DNA of 26,952 nt from Elainellaceae cyanobacterium (GCA_051117555.1 JBNPEG010000111.1:1-26952), one strand, 5' to 3'. Counted from the stretch's first letter, positions 8,521 to 19,115 are shown. Numbers and translations: made by a program. Notes: a model not told the origin generated them from the sequence alone.

Positions 8521-9338
8521 CCATGAGCGGTGAATTTACCCCTATTGACGAACAAGATTTTGATGCTAGACCAAACTATCCGACTGCGTTTGGAGTCCCG
8601 CTGACGCCAACCGTGATTGGAAGCGTGCTCGGCATAGCCTTATTTGGTTTAGCTATCTATCTCTTTTTTCTCCTGGTGCGTCCGGCATTACAGACTCGCC
8701 AACAGCTTTCTCAAGAAATTGAAGAAAAGCAAGATCAACTGGACAATGTGGCTGAGCGTGAGCAACAGCTTCAAGAAGCGCGCGATCGCAAAGCAGCCGC
8801 AGAGCAGCTCCAGCAAGATGTGTTGGCCCTGTTTGCAACCGAGGAAAATCTAGACACCCTACTGCTCGATTTAAACGAGCGGGTTCAATCCGTAAATGCG
8901 GGAATTGAGGACGAGGATCGACGAGCCGTTCTGTCTTTGTTTGAGGTGGGTGAATCGGCGATTGTCACCGATAGCTCGCTGGGTGAAGCGGTCAATGGGC
9001 GCATCGAACGGCGAACCTACAACGTTGAAATGAGAGGCAATTACGCTCAAACCCAGTCGATTTTGCGTAATATCGAGCGGTTACAGCCTCTATTGCTAGT
9101 CAGAGAGTTTCAATCCACGTTGGATACGGCTGAGCGAACTTTACAGGTTGACTTGCAAGGAAATCTTATTCCCGCTGGAACACCAGTCACTCGATTGACG
9201 ACCTCTTTCGATTTGGATGCGCTGCTTCCCGTTCCGCCTGAAGAGTTGCCTCCCCAGCAAACCCAGCCTGGTGATCCGGCGGCTGAGGGTGCAGCAGAAC
9301 AGCAGCCCGATCAAGGTGCTACTCAAGGGAGTAATTAA
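8517..9338 (+). CDS. pilO: Type IV pilus assembly protein PilO
   Basis: TM helix, coiled coil, LDTLLLDLN, QSILRNIERLQPLL; ATGA overlap with pilN. Confidence 0.9.
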   Translation: MTMSGEFTPIDEQDFDARPNYPTAFGVPLTPTVIGSVLGIALFGLAIYLFFLLVRPALQTRQQLSQEIEEKQDQLDNVAEREQQLQEARDRKAAAEQLQQDVLALFATEENLDTLLLDLNERVQSVNAGIEDEDRRAVLSLFEVGESAIVTDSSLGEAVNGRIERRTYNVEMRGNYAQTQSILRNIERLQPLLLVREFQSTLDTAERTLQVDLQGNLIPAGTPVTRLTTSFDLDALLPVPPEELPPQQTQPGDPAAEGAAEQQPDQGATQGSN

Positions 9339-9491
9339 GGCATTCATTGACCTGTTAGGACGTGGGTTTCACTGTTCTGACCGGTTTACTAATTATCTAG
9401 GTTCGATGCGCTATTGCGCTATTGCCCCCGACTACACTGTTGACGTTCATTTGATTGCTTTCGATATTTTTTAGATCATGAGGAGGGAACT

Positions 9492-11702
9492 GTGAACCGG
9501 CATCTCGCGCTTGGTAGCATCCTGGGCAGCAGTGCAACTGCAGTGCTATTAACTACACAGCCTGCATTAGCACAAACCACTGTGACTGGAATTCAAGTTA
9601 ATCAGACCGATACGGGAGCCGTCGTTGTCTTAGAAACCGACAATGGCGATCGCCCCCAAATTTTCACAGTGCGGCGGGGGAATACCCTCGTCGCTGATGT
9701 AGTCAACGCGCAGCTCAGTTTGCCGGATGGGAATGGTTTCCTACAAAACGATCCTGCCCCTGGAATTAGCGCAATTACCGTCAGCCAACTCGATGCCAAC
9801 AGCGTGCGAGTCATCGTGGATGGCGAAGATATGGCTCCAGAAGGGCGGATTGAGCAGTCAAATGGAGATATCTTACTCAGCTTTAGCGTGGGTGGAGAAG
9901 TTGCCGAGGCTCCCGCTGAAACCCCTACTGAAACCCCTACTGAAACCCCCTCTGAAACCTTGCCCGAGATAGACGACGGTGACGACGAGGTGGAAGAGGT
10001 TCCGGTGACTCAGCTTCCATCTGAAGAGCCTGCCGAACCGCCCGTTGTGCGAGAGCGACCTGATGACGTCATGGTTCCCAACCCCGAAGTTCGGATTGAC
10101 GGAGTTCAGGTAGAAGAGTCTGCTGGTGATCCTGCTCCTCCCTTTTTGCCTCGGGCGATCGCCCCACCCGTTGGAGATATCGCCATCTCAAATATTGATC
10201 CCTCCCCTAGTCGAATTAGTTTAGGGACATCAGAACGGGTTCCTCGACTCGTGTTGAGAGATGCTCCAGTACGAGAAGTGCTAGCGCTTTTGGCACGTGC
10301 CGCAGGGCTGAACCTTGCCTACATTGGGGCAGATGCCGAATCCACTGAAGAAGAAGTGCCCGAAGTTCGGGTTTCCTTAGAGATTGAAGACGAGCCGGTT
10401 GAAGATGTCTTCAACTACGTATTACGCATTTCTGGCGTGCAAGCGAGTCGCTTTGGGCGAACCATCTTTGCGGGGCCACGCTTGCCCAATAGTGCTCGGC
10501 AGCTCGTCGTGCGAAACCTGCGGCTCAATCAGGTAGATGTTCCGACTGCATTAAACTTTTTGGTCGGGCTGGGTGCAGAAACGGCGGTGAGTCGTGAGCG
10601 ATTAGTCACATTTGTAAATGCCGTTGAAGTAGGCGAAGGTGCGCCCGCTCTAACGCAGACTGAATCGGTCACTGAAAATCGAGTTGAAACTCAGCGGATT
10701 AATTATGAAGATTCGACTCCGATTCTGCGTGGCTTGCAGGTGGTCGGAGATGAGCGCACCAATTCAGTAACGCTGGTCGGTTCGCCTCGACTCGTTGAAA
10801 TGGCGATCGCCCAACTCGTACCACTCGATATCCGTCGTCGCCAGGTTGCTGTCAGCGTTCGGATTATTGATATTGACCTGAGTGCACTTGAGAGACAAGG
10901 TTCCAGTTTCTCATTCGGAATCGACGATACCCGTGTTTTGGTTGAGAACGGCATTGGCGTGCTCAACTTCGGAGATGATGCCCCCTTCACTACCAACTTA
11001 ACAGGTGATCTATTCGGCGATGTGGTTGGTAATGCAGTTGGTGAAGTTTCGGGTGATAATGATTCATTCTCCTTCGCACGCAATTTCCTAGCTCAGCTCC
11101 AATTTGCTGTACAGAGTGGCAACGCAAAGATTCTGACCGATCCAACACTGGTTGTTCAGGAAGGGCAATCGGCAGAAGTTGTGTTGGCAGAAAACGTAAT
11201 TACCAACATTGAAATTGAAACCACCATTACAGGTGGCGTGCAAGAGCAGACGGTTACCGTTGAGACAGAGCCTGCGGGTGTGGTTTTCCGAGTCCAAATC
11301 GACCGAATTGACGACAATGGATTTGTCAGCCTCTCTGTAGCACCGACGGTTTCATCTCCGGGTGCAGTTGAAACGGTTGAGGTAGAAGGTGCAAGCATCG
11401 ATTTGACTCTGCTTGAGGAGCGTCGAGTGACGTCAGGTCAGCTTCGTCTGCGAGATGGTCAAACTCTCGTTATTGCCGGGATCATTCAGGAGCAAGATAC
11501 GACGACTGTGTCTAAAGTCCCAATTTTGGGAGATATTCCCTTACTAGGAGCTCTATTTAGACGAACCGATCGCGACAATTCTCGTTCAGAGGTGATTGCG
11601 TTGCTATCTGTCAATATCTTGGATGATTCAGAAAATTCGACGTTTGGTTATCGATATCCAACAAGTCCAGAAGCACAAGAATTGCTGGAACGCAATCGTT
11701 AA
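9492..11702 (+). CDS. pilQ: Type IV pilus secretin PilQ (AMIN + secretin domains)
   Basis: Signal peptide (QPALA-Q), AMIN-like domain, GDERTNSVTLVG, RLRDGQTLVIAGII, KVPILGDIPLLGALFR. AGGAGG RBS before GTG. Confidence 0.96.
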   Translation: MNRHLALGSILGSSATAVLLTTQPALAQTTVTGIQVNQTDTGAVVVLETDNGDRPQIFTVRRGNTLVADVVNAQLSLPDGNGFLQNDPAPGISAITVSQLDANSVRVIVDGEDMAPEGRIEQSNGDILLSFSVGGEVAEAPAETPTETPTETPSETLPEIDDGDDEVEEVPVTQLPSEEPAEPPVVRERPDDVMVPNPEVRIDGVQVEESAGDPAPPFLPRAIAPPVGDIAISNIDPSPSRISLGTSERVPRLVLRDAPVREVLALLARAAGLNLAYIGADAESTEEEVPEVRVSLEIEDEPVEDVFNYVLRISGVQASRFGRTIFAGPRLPNSARQLVVRNLRLNQVDVPTALNFLVGLGAETAVSRERLVTFVNAVEVGEGAPALTQTESVTENRVETQRINYEDSTPILRGLQVVGDERTNSVTLVGSPRLVEMAIAQLVPLDIRRRQVAVSVRIIDIDLSALERQGSSFSFGIDDTRVLVENGIGVLNFGDDAPFTTNLTGDLFGDVVGNAVGEVSGDNDSFSFARNFLAQLQFAVQSGNAKILTDPTLVVQEGQSAEVVLAENVITNIEIETTITGGVQEQTVTVETEPAGVVFRVQIDRIDDNGFVSLSVAPTVSSPGAVETVEVEGASIDLTLLEERRVTSGQLRLRDGQTLVIAGIIQEQDTTTVSKVPILGDIPLLGALFRRTDRDNSRSEVIALLSVNILDDSENSTFGYRYPTSPEAQELLERNR
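9916..9960 (+). repeat. 12-bp coding repeat (ETPT/ETPS linker) in pilQ
   Basis: CTGAAACCCCTA x2 plus two variant copies. Confidence 0.9.
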
Positions 11703-11755
11703 AGTTCCTGCAAAATTTCCGCAAATTAACGCAAGCTAACGTCTGCAAATCAATG

Positions 11756-11798
11756 CAGTATTTAAGGAGGCATCTAACGAGATGCCTTTTTAGTACTG
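11756..11798 (+). terminator. Intrinsic terminator after pilQ
   Basis: Stem AGGCATCT-AACG-AGATGCCT followed by a T-run; outer arms CAGTA/TACTG extend the pairing. Confidence 0.8.
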
Positions 11799-11961
11799 GT
11801 GACAGTGATCGTGTAGCCGTACGCTCTCGCGTTATACCAATTCCTCGAATAAAGGCTACAGATGATTGGCTATATGGGCTGACAGAGCCTGCCTTTAGGC
11901 GCTTACGACCGACGTTGCGAACTTGATGAATGATAGGGACTAGCCCCACCACCCACCCGTT

Positions 11962-12077
11962 GTACGGGCATGGCAATGCCTTAGCGAAGCCATGCCCATA
12001 GGGCTATTGCCCCTCCGAAAATCATTCGTCGATGAGCGATGCCTACGACCGTGTGCCAAGGTAGGCTCCGTCAACGC
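11962..12077. repeat. REP-like palindrome plus a HIP1-associated small dispersed repeat (SDR5-like)
   Basis: GGGCATGGC (11966-11974) pairs with GCCATGCCC (11989-11997). GCGATGCCTACGAC...GGCTCCGTCAACGC (12036-12077) resembles small cyanobacterial repeats that sit in HIP1 sites. Confidence 0.55.
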
Positions 12078-12186
12078 CCCTTCGAAGATCTGTAAATTGG
12101 ATCTAAAGAATTGGTATTAGGCCATCAAACATGCGCAACCGTGCAGAAATGGTAGTCGCACCCTATGCCACGATGCTTAGCTCAAT

Positions 12187-12234
12187 ACACCGCTGTAATC
12201 AACACACCGCTGTAATCAACACCGCTGTAATCAA
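12187..12234. repeat. Tandem triplication (AC)ACCGCTGTAATCAAC
   Basis: Two 17-bp copies plus one 14-bp copy, read directly. Confidence 0.95.
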
Positions 12235-12308
12235 TAGAGAAGATTGAGCAGTTGGTTGATTGAATAATGCGATACCATCCTAAATGATGTAGGCAACAAT
12301 ACATTGTC

Positions 12309-12677
12309 ATGGAGCAAGGTCAAGACTCAGATCTACTGCCAACCGAAATTATTCTCAATCATCCTCGCAAGACCCTGGATAATCGTCACCTCGACTGGCG
12401 ACCTCAGCCCGGCACCTATTTAGACGTTAAAGGAAAAACCTACGCGGTCTTAGAGCGCCGTCATCAGTATCAATATCGGTCAGGGCAATATCGGCTGCAA
12501 AAGATTGCGCTGTACGTGCAATCAGCTGAGCGTCCCAATGAACAGAGCCTGGTAGATGGACGATGGATCATTGGAGATGCATCGTGTCGATACAATGCCA
12601 ATTCTGAACTGATTCGCTGTGCTGTTAAGCCAGATGGCCCATGTAATAGGTGTCAATTCTATGAACTGAAGACCTAA
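12309..12677 (+). CDS. DUF6464-family cyanobacterial protein
   Basis: [21 protein letters not shown]; Cys-rich C-terminus [25 protein letters not shown]. Confidence 0.85.
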   Translation: MEQGQDSDLLPTEIILNHPRKTLDNRHLDWRPQPGTYLDVKGKTYAVLERRHQYQYRSGQYRLQKIALYVQSAERPNEQSLVDGRWIIGDASCRYNANSELIRCAVKPDGPCNRCQFYELKT

Positions 12678-13690
12678 CCTAAGGCGTCTCCGATGCCTAA
12701 CCGAGTGCCATTCACAAAGTCCCATCCAGACTGCGATCGCTTTCCTGCCAGTTGAACCGTTTGCAACAACAGCCCGCCCTCTCCGGTTTGAATGACCGGA
12801 CCGTAATTTTTAATTAATTCAATAATGGTGCCAGGTTGAGCAGGGTTCGCGTGGAATGTCGGAGCAAGAGAGGCTGCGATCGCCTTCAATTCCTTCAGTT
12901 CATCGGGCAACTCGTCGAGCATTGACATCGCCTCAATTGCTAAAGGAACGGTTGCCTGCACCTTGAGCATCTGCTTTTGAACAGATGTGATGCAGTTTGG
13001 ATAAAACCCCCGCACTTGATTGTGAATGGCGATCGCCGAACGAGACCAGTCAATTCGGTAATCCTCTTTTTGAATGAGAGGGGCATAGGTTGCCCGTTCA
13101 TTATCTTGTGGGACAGGGTTTACGGCGTGCTGGTCTAACCCGATTAGCGTCTCGACCAGTAAATCAGCAGCCATCTGCGAGAGGGTTTTTGCCAAATCGA
13201 GAGAATTATCGAGCAGGTCGATGGGCGTAATCGACTTCAGCAGCATATCACCGGTATCCATACCAGCATCCATCAGCATGGTAGTCACGCCCGTCTCCGT
13301 TTCACCGTGATAGAGACACCATTGAATGGGAGCTGCACCTCGATAGCGAGGCAGAAGTGAACCGTGAGCATTGACACAGCCCAATTGAGGCATCTCCAAA
13401 ATTTCTTGAGATAAAATCTGCCCATATGCCACCACAACAAAGGCATCCGCATGACTCTGACGAAGCCAATCAAGGGTGTCCGCATTCTTCTTGACGCTGC
13501 GAGGTTGCCAGACCGGAATGCCGTGATCAGCCGCAACTGCTTTTATGGGAGATGGGATCAGGTGTGTTCCGCGCCCGCGTCGCTTATCAGGCTGAGTCAC
13601 CACTGCCAGCACATCGAACTCTGGGTGCTCAATCAGACGCTCTAAACTCGGAACCGCAAATTGGGGCGTACCAAAAAAGACGATGTTCAT
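12674..13690 (-). CDS. fmt: Methionyl-tRNA formyltransferase
   Basis: [54 protein letters not shown]. Confidence 0.98.
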   Translation of the reverse strand: MNIVFFGTPQFAVPSLERLIEHPEFDVLAVVTQPDKRRGRGTHLIPSPIKAVAADHGIPVWQPRSVKKNADTLDWLRQSHADAFVVVAYGQILSQEILEMPQLGCVNAHGSLLPRYRGAAPIQWCLYHGETETGVTTMLMDAGMDTGDMLLKSITPIDLLDNSLDLAKTLSQMAADLLVETLIGLDQHAVNPVPQDNERATYAPLIQKEDYRIDWSRSAIAIHNQVRGFYPNCITSVQKQMLKVQATVPLAIEAMSMLDELPDELKELKAIAASLAPTFHANPAQPGTIIELIKNYGPVIQTGEGGLLLQTVQLAGKRSQSGWDFVNGTRLGIGDALG

Positions 13691-14634
13691 TGAGGCGTAA
13701 TTGAAATTTCGATGCGGCGATTGAGTGACTCATCGGGGGATACGCCTGCGTCAGAACGCTGAAGCCGCCCGTAGCCAACGACTACCCAATGATAGGATTG
13801 CTCACTTAGTGCGTCAGCCAGATATTGCTTGATGGCGGTTGCTTGCTCAAATGCTCGCCTGCGATCGCCCTCTGGCGAGTTTTGGCTAGCTGCAAATCCA
13901 GCCACTTGCACTGCGGCCCCTGGATAGTTTTGAATTTCGTCCACGATTGTGTCTAGAACGGCTTGGCTATCGGAACTGAGTATTGCCGGGTCAGTCCCAA
14001 ACAGTGCATCGCTCGGCAATGTCATTAAAATATCACCATCTCTAGAGATTGAGCTATCAACCGCCGGGACAGGCGAGGCAGGATCGGATGACGGCCTAGT
14101 TTGCTCTGATGTGAGCTGTTGTTCCAGATTTTGAAGCCGTTCCTCTAGTGACGATGGAGAGGGTTGAGAACCCACTAACGCTTCGATTTCAGACGTGCGA
14201 TCGCGCACAGTTGTGAGCTGAGCCTGTAGCTGATCGATCTCAGATTGTAGCCGCTTCTGCTGCTCAGGGGTGAACCCTGACAGAGACTCTGCAGCGCTAT
14301 CTGAATCCTCTAATGTCGGATCGGAAGCAGTTGAGGGATCATCAGCCTGAGGAGAGGATTGAGGATCGGCTGAATCTGGTTCGCTCCGTTCAGGCAACTG
14401 CTGCACATCTCGACGTAAAGACCCAGCACTCCTCAAAACAGTTTCGAGGAACGGAGGATTGTCTACATCACCTGGAACAACCTGAGCGATCGCAATACCC
14501 AGCAAGCCTGCTGCGGCACCCCCAACGCTCAGAAGCAATAGACGAAAAATAATGATGAGCAGCCCAATCCCCCAGTTTGATGACTGCTGAGTTGAGTGCA
14601 ATTCTGGCTTGTGAATGGTCGATGGTTTCGGCAT
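13687..14634 (-). CDS. Membrane-anchored OmpA/MotB-like C-terminal domain protein
   Basis: N-terminal TM segment, coiled coil, [26 protein letters not shown] overlap with fmt. Confidence 0.82.
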   Translation of the reverse strand: MPKPSTIHKPELHSTQQSSNWGIGLLIIIFRLLLLSVGGAAAGLLGIAIAQVVPGDVDNPPFLETVLRSAGSLRRDVQQLPERSEPDSADPQSSPQADDPSTASDPTLEDSDSAAESLSGFTPEQQKRLQSEIDQLQAQLTTVRDRTSEIEALVGSQPSPSSLEERLQNLEQQLTSEQTRPSSDPASPVPAVDSSISRDGDILMTLPSDALFGTDPAILSSDSQAVLDTIVDEIQNYPGAAVQVAGFAASQNSPEGDRRRAFEQATAIKQYLADALSEQSYHWVVVGYGRLQRSDAGVSPDESLNRRIEISITPQ

Positions 14635-15184
14635 GACTTCTACTCCCCCACGACTTGCGCCTGTTGTGATACTAGCTCATCTGTGATCTTTGCCACGGAA
14701 GGATTTGAAACGGCAGTTCCCATAGCCAACATCCGTATAGCAATCGTAATCGTCCTCTAGACGCATACCCGATAGCTTCCCTGCTTAGGTTTCTAGTTAA
14801 GACTCATGTCCTAAGCTATCTGGCCACCCTATATACCTGGTTGACTGACAACACCTAATCGCCATACCCAAACAACGTGCTAGTCAATCTGCTAGTCAAT
14901 CGGCACTACAGACACAGACGAAGATGATCATCTCGAAGATTCTTGGGAAAGGGTCGTTTCCCTATCTTGTCATCATCCCATGAAATTATGGCCGCATGCA
15001 GGACTTAAATTGTTGCCCGGCGTCAATTTCAACGCTAAAATTTCCGTCAATTTTCCTGTTCAGTCGCTCTGCATTTGTTATACATGAAGCAAGAATATTC
15101 GATCGATGTCATGACCCGCTAGTCTGAAGTCCGCCTCAATCGACATCTGCATCTGCCTGTCCACCTGATCAAGAAACGAGCCTC

Positions 15185-16114
15185 ATGCTGCACACCAGAA
15201 TTTGTTTAAGATGGTTGGTCCGTCAATCATCGATCATTTCTCTTGCTGCGATCGCCCTATTACTGACGCCGAGCATTCTAGTCAGCCGAATAAATTCCAG
15301 TGTGCAACTACTCAATTCTGTCCGAGCTATCGCAGCAGAGCCTCCCTCGATTCCTGAGCCAGAGAATGATCCTGGCGCTTTAGATCGAGATGACTTAGAT
15401 CGTAACGTCTTGGATCGCGAATCTGAGTCAGATTCCGTCCAACCGAGTGATCCCCTAGATAGTCCGTATCCTGTTCCCTGGCAGTGGGTCGTTGATACTC
15501 AACAGGAAATTGGTGAACCGACAACTCCGCAGATGCGCTACTACCGAAGCGATGCCCTGGTTTCGCCAGATGGGCAATATGCGGCATATAGTCGGATTCA
15601 GCTTCATGTTGTGTCAGAACCGACTCAAAATCAGGTCAGCAGTATCTTATTTCTAGAAAATCTGGAAACGGGAGATTTGCAGCTGATCACGGCGTCATCG
15701 CCTTTAGGAGTCGCCCAGTTTTCACCCAACCCGGCTGATCAGATTCCCGGAGCGATCGCCATTTTGGTTCCAGTGTCGTGGTCAGCAACGAGCGATCGCA
15801 TGTTAGCCCGCGAGTTTGAATCCCTATTTGGTACTGGTCTGGCGTCAGACTATGCCGTCATTTGGGATCGTCAACATAATTTAACTCGTACGGTGGCTCC
15901 CGCAAACATTCGCTATACTAACGCCGTATTAATTGGTTGGAGCCAAAACAACCCTGGGCAAGTCCTCTTTCGGGCGGGTAATTTGGGTGACGAGCAATGG
16001 CCGCTCTATGCCGTTGATTCAACCGGACATGCGATCGCTGTAGCCAATGATCAGCCGATTGCATTCGGTCAGCGAGTCACCTCAACTTGGTCTGGGCCCC
16101 AAGCCTATCGATGA
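15185..16114 (+). CDS. Conserved cyanobacterial exported hypothetical protein (TolB/beta-propeller-like motifs)
   Basis: Hydrophobic N-terminus, SPYPVPWQWV, LVSPDGQYAAYSR, VPVSWS; 309-aa ORF with normal composition. Confidence 0.75.
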   Translation: MLHTRICLRWLVRQSSIISLAAIALLLTPSILVSRINSSVQLLNSVRAIAAEPPSIPEPENDPGALDRDDLDRNVLDRESESDSVQPSDPLDSPYPVPWQWVVDTQQEIGEPTTPQMRYYRSDALVSPDGQYAAYSRIQLHVVSEPTQNQVSSILFLENLETGDLQLITASSPLGVAQFSPNPADQIPGAIAILVPVSWSATSDRMLAREFESLFGTGLASDYAVIWDRQHNLTRTVAPANIRYTNAVLIGWSQNNPGQVLFRAGNLGDEQWPLYAVDSTGHAIAVANDQPIAFGQRVTSTWSGPQAYR

Positions 16115-16189
16115 TCTGTGGCAATTTGCGCGTCACGAGTCCTCTTCCTGACACCCTACTTCCCATCTCTAGCAACCCCAGATGGGTTA

Positions 16190-16368
16190 TGAGCGGTGGG
16201 GCAGGCGGCGTATGCGTTTAGCGCATGTGTAAGATCCCCCGCTGTCGCTGCCCCCTTGAAAAGGGGCTATTTACGGGTTGTTGAAGTCCCCCTTTTTAAG
16301 GGGGATTTAGGGGGATCTGTAGGACGTTACGCTAAACACATACCAGGCGGCGCCCGCCCCACCGCTCA
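16190..16368. repeat. Nested palindromic (MITE/REP-like) element
   Basis: Outer IR TGAGCGGTGGGG (16190-16201) / CCCCACCGCTCA (16357-16368). Inner IR GTATGCGTTTAGCG (16210-16223) / CGCTAAACACATAC (16330-16343). Core GATCCCCC...CCCCCTTTTTAAGGGGGATTTAGGGGGATC. Confidence 0.88.
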
Positions 16369-16407
16369 CATACGCTTCATAAGCGATGTTGGGATCGCTA
16401 TATTTCG

Positions 16408-17598
16408 TCACTGGCGAGGAGTCCCATACCACGGGCTCACTTCGAGTGCGCCATTGGGTCTAAACACAACGCGGAATTGGGCAATGGAGTTTTGACTCGT
16501 CGTGTCTGCACTGACGGGTGTGGAGCGCAAATCGGGCAACGGAATGTCGTTGACATAGGTCAATGCGGCATCGTTTTCATAGCGATAGCCGACGATGTCC
16601 CCGTTTTGATTAACGCCGACTCGATACACCAAATTTTCACTAAACCGAACGTCTGTCCTCCAGGCCTGGTCAATCCGATTAAACAATTCCCGATTTATTT
16701 CTTCGAGACGAGCTGGGTCTGTAATTGTGGGAGCTTGCTCGATGAGAACGTCTAGATTATCTGTGTCGGCGGCTGGGGTTGAATCCGAAGATGGGCTGTT
16801 TGTTTCGGCAGACTGAGCAGACGAATTTTGCGGAGATGTTGCATCTGCTGGAGACGCCTCATCTGCTGGAGATGGCTGGGCATCTGGAGACGGGGAAAGA
16901 GTTGCCTCGGGCGCATCAGGGGGATCAGAACCAGCCGGGCTAGAGCTTGCAGCATCGGGTGCAACCTCAGTTGACTGCTCGCCAGAGGCTTCGCTGTTTG
17001 CGCCAGTCCGACGGAGATCAGGAGGTGGAACAAAGAAAATCGCGATCGCCGCAACTGCTAGCCCCGAGACTCCAATCGCCGCCGGCAATGCTCGCTTGGT
17101 GACGGGTTCTTGAGGTGCAACGTGGCGCCTGCGAACGGGCACCAAATTCACCTTAAAGTCAGGTAATGTCTGGCTATCTGCCAACATTTGATCGACTGCT
17201 TCGACTAAATCAAAAAACTGCACCGTCTTCAAGTCAATCTGCATCGACTGATCGGCAGGCTGATGGCCGTTTGACTCAGGTGCGCGACACGTTAAGCGAT
17301 GAATATCTCCTTGAACATAGCCAATCTGAACCGGAGCAGATCTCTCATCGAGGGGCGGTGGATGAGGAATGCCGCTTAAAAATTCTTGTGCGTATCGGCT
17401 TGCAGCTTTGACCAAGCTTTCTACAAATTCACGCCCGCCCACAAGCGGCTTCTCATAGCCTGCAAAATGACATTCTGCATTGACGACCATCGTTAATAGG
17501 GGACGTTCTGAGGCTTTGTCTGCCGACTCAGGCTCATTACTCCATCCTTCTAAAATCAGCTTGCAGTTTGGCAAGCTGTATTGGCGCCGGATTGTCAT
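16408..17598 (-). CDS. DUF4335-domain protein
   Basis: MTIRRQYSLPNCKLILEG start, VQFFDLVEAVDQ..ADSQTLP, TM helix, C-terminal FRVVFRPNGALEVSPW. ATG 17598 overlaps the DUF3038 stop. Confidence 0.85.
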   Translation of the reverse strand: MTIRRQYSLPNCKLILEGWSNEPESADKASERPLLTMVVNAECHFAGYEKPLVGGREFVESLVKAASRYAQEFLSGIPHPPPLDERSAPVQIGYVQGDIHRLTCRAPESNGHQPADQSMQIDLKTVQFFDLVEAVDQMLADSQTLPDFKVNLVPVRRRHVAPQEPVTKRALPAAIGVSGLAVAAIAIFFVPPPDLRRTGANSEASGEQSTEVAPDAASSSPAGSDPPDAPEATLSPSPDAQPSPADEASPADATSPQNSSAQSAETNSPSSDSTPAADTDNLDVLIEQAPTITDPARLEEINRELFNRIDQAWRTDVRFSENLVYRVGVNQNGDIVGYRYENDAALTYVNDIPLPDLRSTPVSADTTSQNSIAQFRVVFRPNGALEVSPWYGTPRQ

Positions 17599-18203
17599 GC
17601 AACCTCCCCATCGAATAAGCTGCTCCACAGTCGTTGCGCTCCGGCAGTTCCGGTGCAAAATAGAAGTTGCCCTAGCAAACTTAATGCCAAACTGTTGAGT
17701 TTTTCATCGGTACTATATGCCATCACCCCGGCTCGCTTTGGGTTCATCCGAGAGCGAAAGTGTGACCGAAACCTAAGCAAATAGTCTGATAGCCGGAAAT
17801 GATGATCGGGCGATAGCTGTTTTTCAGAGAGCTGCTGATAGGCTAAGAGCAACTGCCGAATCAGAACCGTTAGCCGTCGTGCAAGATGGCAGGCAATAAT
17901 CACGAGCGCCTTAGCTTCGGTGATGCTTAGCGGACGGCGCTGACTGCTGCGGCGAAGCGGATTGGTGCTGCGTAGTCTCCATAACTCGACTCGGTTCCCA
18001 ATTACCTCTTGCATTTCTAATTCGCGAGCTGCAACCAAAAATGCTTCAGACCCTGTGAGATCAAGCGCTTCGATGGCTAACAAGAGTAAGTCAATCTGTA
18101 ACCTCGCCCGACGAGGACAGGACTTATCGGGTAGAGCAGGATCGGGTAAAGTATCTAGAATCACGGAAAACGAGTGTTGGGCAGGTGGATTAGAGACGTG
18201 CAT
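17595..18203 (-). CDS. DUF3038-domain protein
   Basis: IDLLLLAIEALDL.GSE, NRVELWRLRSTNPLRR, LLFCTGTAGAQRLWSSLFDGE; usual neighbour of DUF4335. Start 18203 or 18215. Confidence 0.87.
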   Translation of the reverse strand: MHVSNPPAQHSFSVILDTLPDPALPDKSCPRRARLQIDLLLLAIEALDLTGSEAFLVAARELEMQEVIGNRVELWRLRSTNPLRRSSQRRPLSITEAKALVIIACHLARRLTVLIRQLLLAYQQLSEKQLSPDHHFRLSDYLLRFRSHFRSRMNPKRAGVMAYSTDEKLNSLALSLLGQLLFCTGTAGAQRLWSSLFDGEVA

Positions 18204-18573
18204 GACCCTCTTCAAAATTGTCCACAGAACTAATTGTCGTAAGCGTTAATGACCTACTGCTCTATCCTTGGCGATCGCAAGCTTCCGACTATCACAAGCT
18301 TACGATCATAGCACTCCTCACGGCTGAGGGCGGCGTTATCTGGTTGAATGCATCTGAATCGTATCCCCGTCTGGAACTATAATTTTCGTTAAGAAAACGC
18401 TCCGAATTTTGATTCAAATGGCGGTAGAGTGATCAGGGAGAGCGACCCATAGCAATAAACCTACGCTATGAGAATGCCCAATTGTGCGTATCGATTCCTC
18501 TAGCTAAGAGCAGATTCATCAAAGCAGCCCCGATCTGAATCGTGGGTTGAGTAATGCCTAACTGGGATTCAAG

Positions 18574-18858
18574 CTAGGATTCAATCGTTACGCCGCGCCA
18601 AAAGGCAACATACTCTTTAATATTCTTGGCTGCATCTTTTGGTTCAGGATAATACCAGGCTGCATCTTTATTAATTTGACCGTCGACCTCTAAGGTATAG
18701 TAGTTTGCGACTCCTTTCCAGGGGCAGCTTGTTTGGGTGTCACTGGGCTTGAAATAGTCAGAGTGAATGGAATCAGGCGGGAAATATTGATTTCCTTCGA
18801 CGACTTCACAGCGATCGCTCTCAGCTAAGACAGCGCCATTCCAAATTGCTTTCGGCAT
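18574..18858 (-). CDS. DUF427-domain protein
   Basis: KAIWNGAVLAES, VEGNQYFPP, CPWKGVANYY, AAWYYPEPK. Confidence 0.93.
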   Translation of the reverse strand: MPKAIWNGAVLAESDRCEVVEGNQYFPPDSIHSDYFKPSDTQTSCPWKGVANYYTLEVDGQINKDAAWYYPEPKDAAKNIKEYVAFWRGVTIES

Positions 18859-19115
18859 TCGTGAACCTCTTGCTAATTAATTGAAACTGGGATTGATGAG
18901 TATTTCTTCCGTATCGGCTGCCAAAAATCTCAAATCATGTCAATCTCAAATCATGTGAATAATTTAGACGATTAAGGCGAGTAGACAGCCGAAATCTTTG
19001 CCCCCATCAATCGCATATTCTAACTCTCTCGTAATCGGCTGATGAATATTCGTTGCCAAAATTGGATCTCAATTGACCGTATCCTCAATGACCGCATCCG
19101 TTAGGAGTAACCATT

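Noticed and set aside
9339..9491. Absence of pilP between pilO and pilQ as a novelty
   Set aside because: pilMNOQ without a recognisable pilP is the usual cyanobacterial arrangement.
12145..12165. AAATGGTAGTCGCACCC as a possible IS terminal repeat
   Set aside because: Too short, with no partner repeat or transposase remnant.
14682..14697. CRP-like site TGTGATCTTTGCCACG upstream of the OmpA-like gene
   Set aside because: The right half-site is poor and a chance match is plausible.
16196..16495. 99-aa ORF containing VPLFKGDLGGS
   Set aside because: It is the translation of the palindromic repeat element and overlaps DUF4335 antisense.
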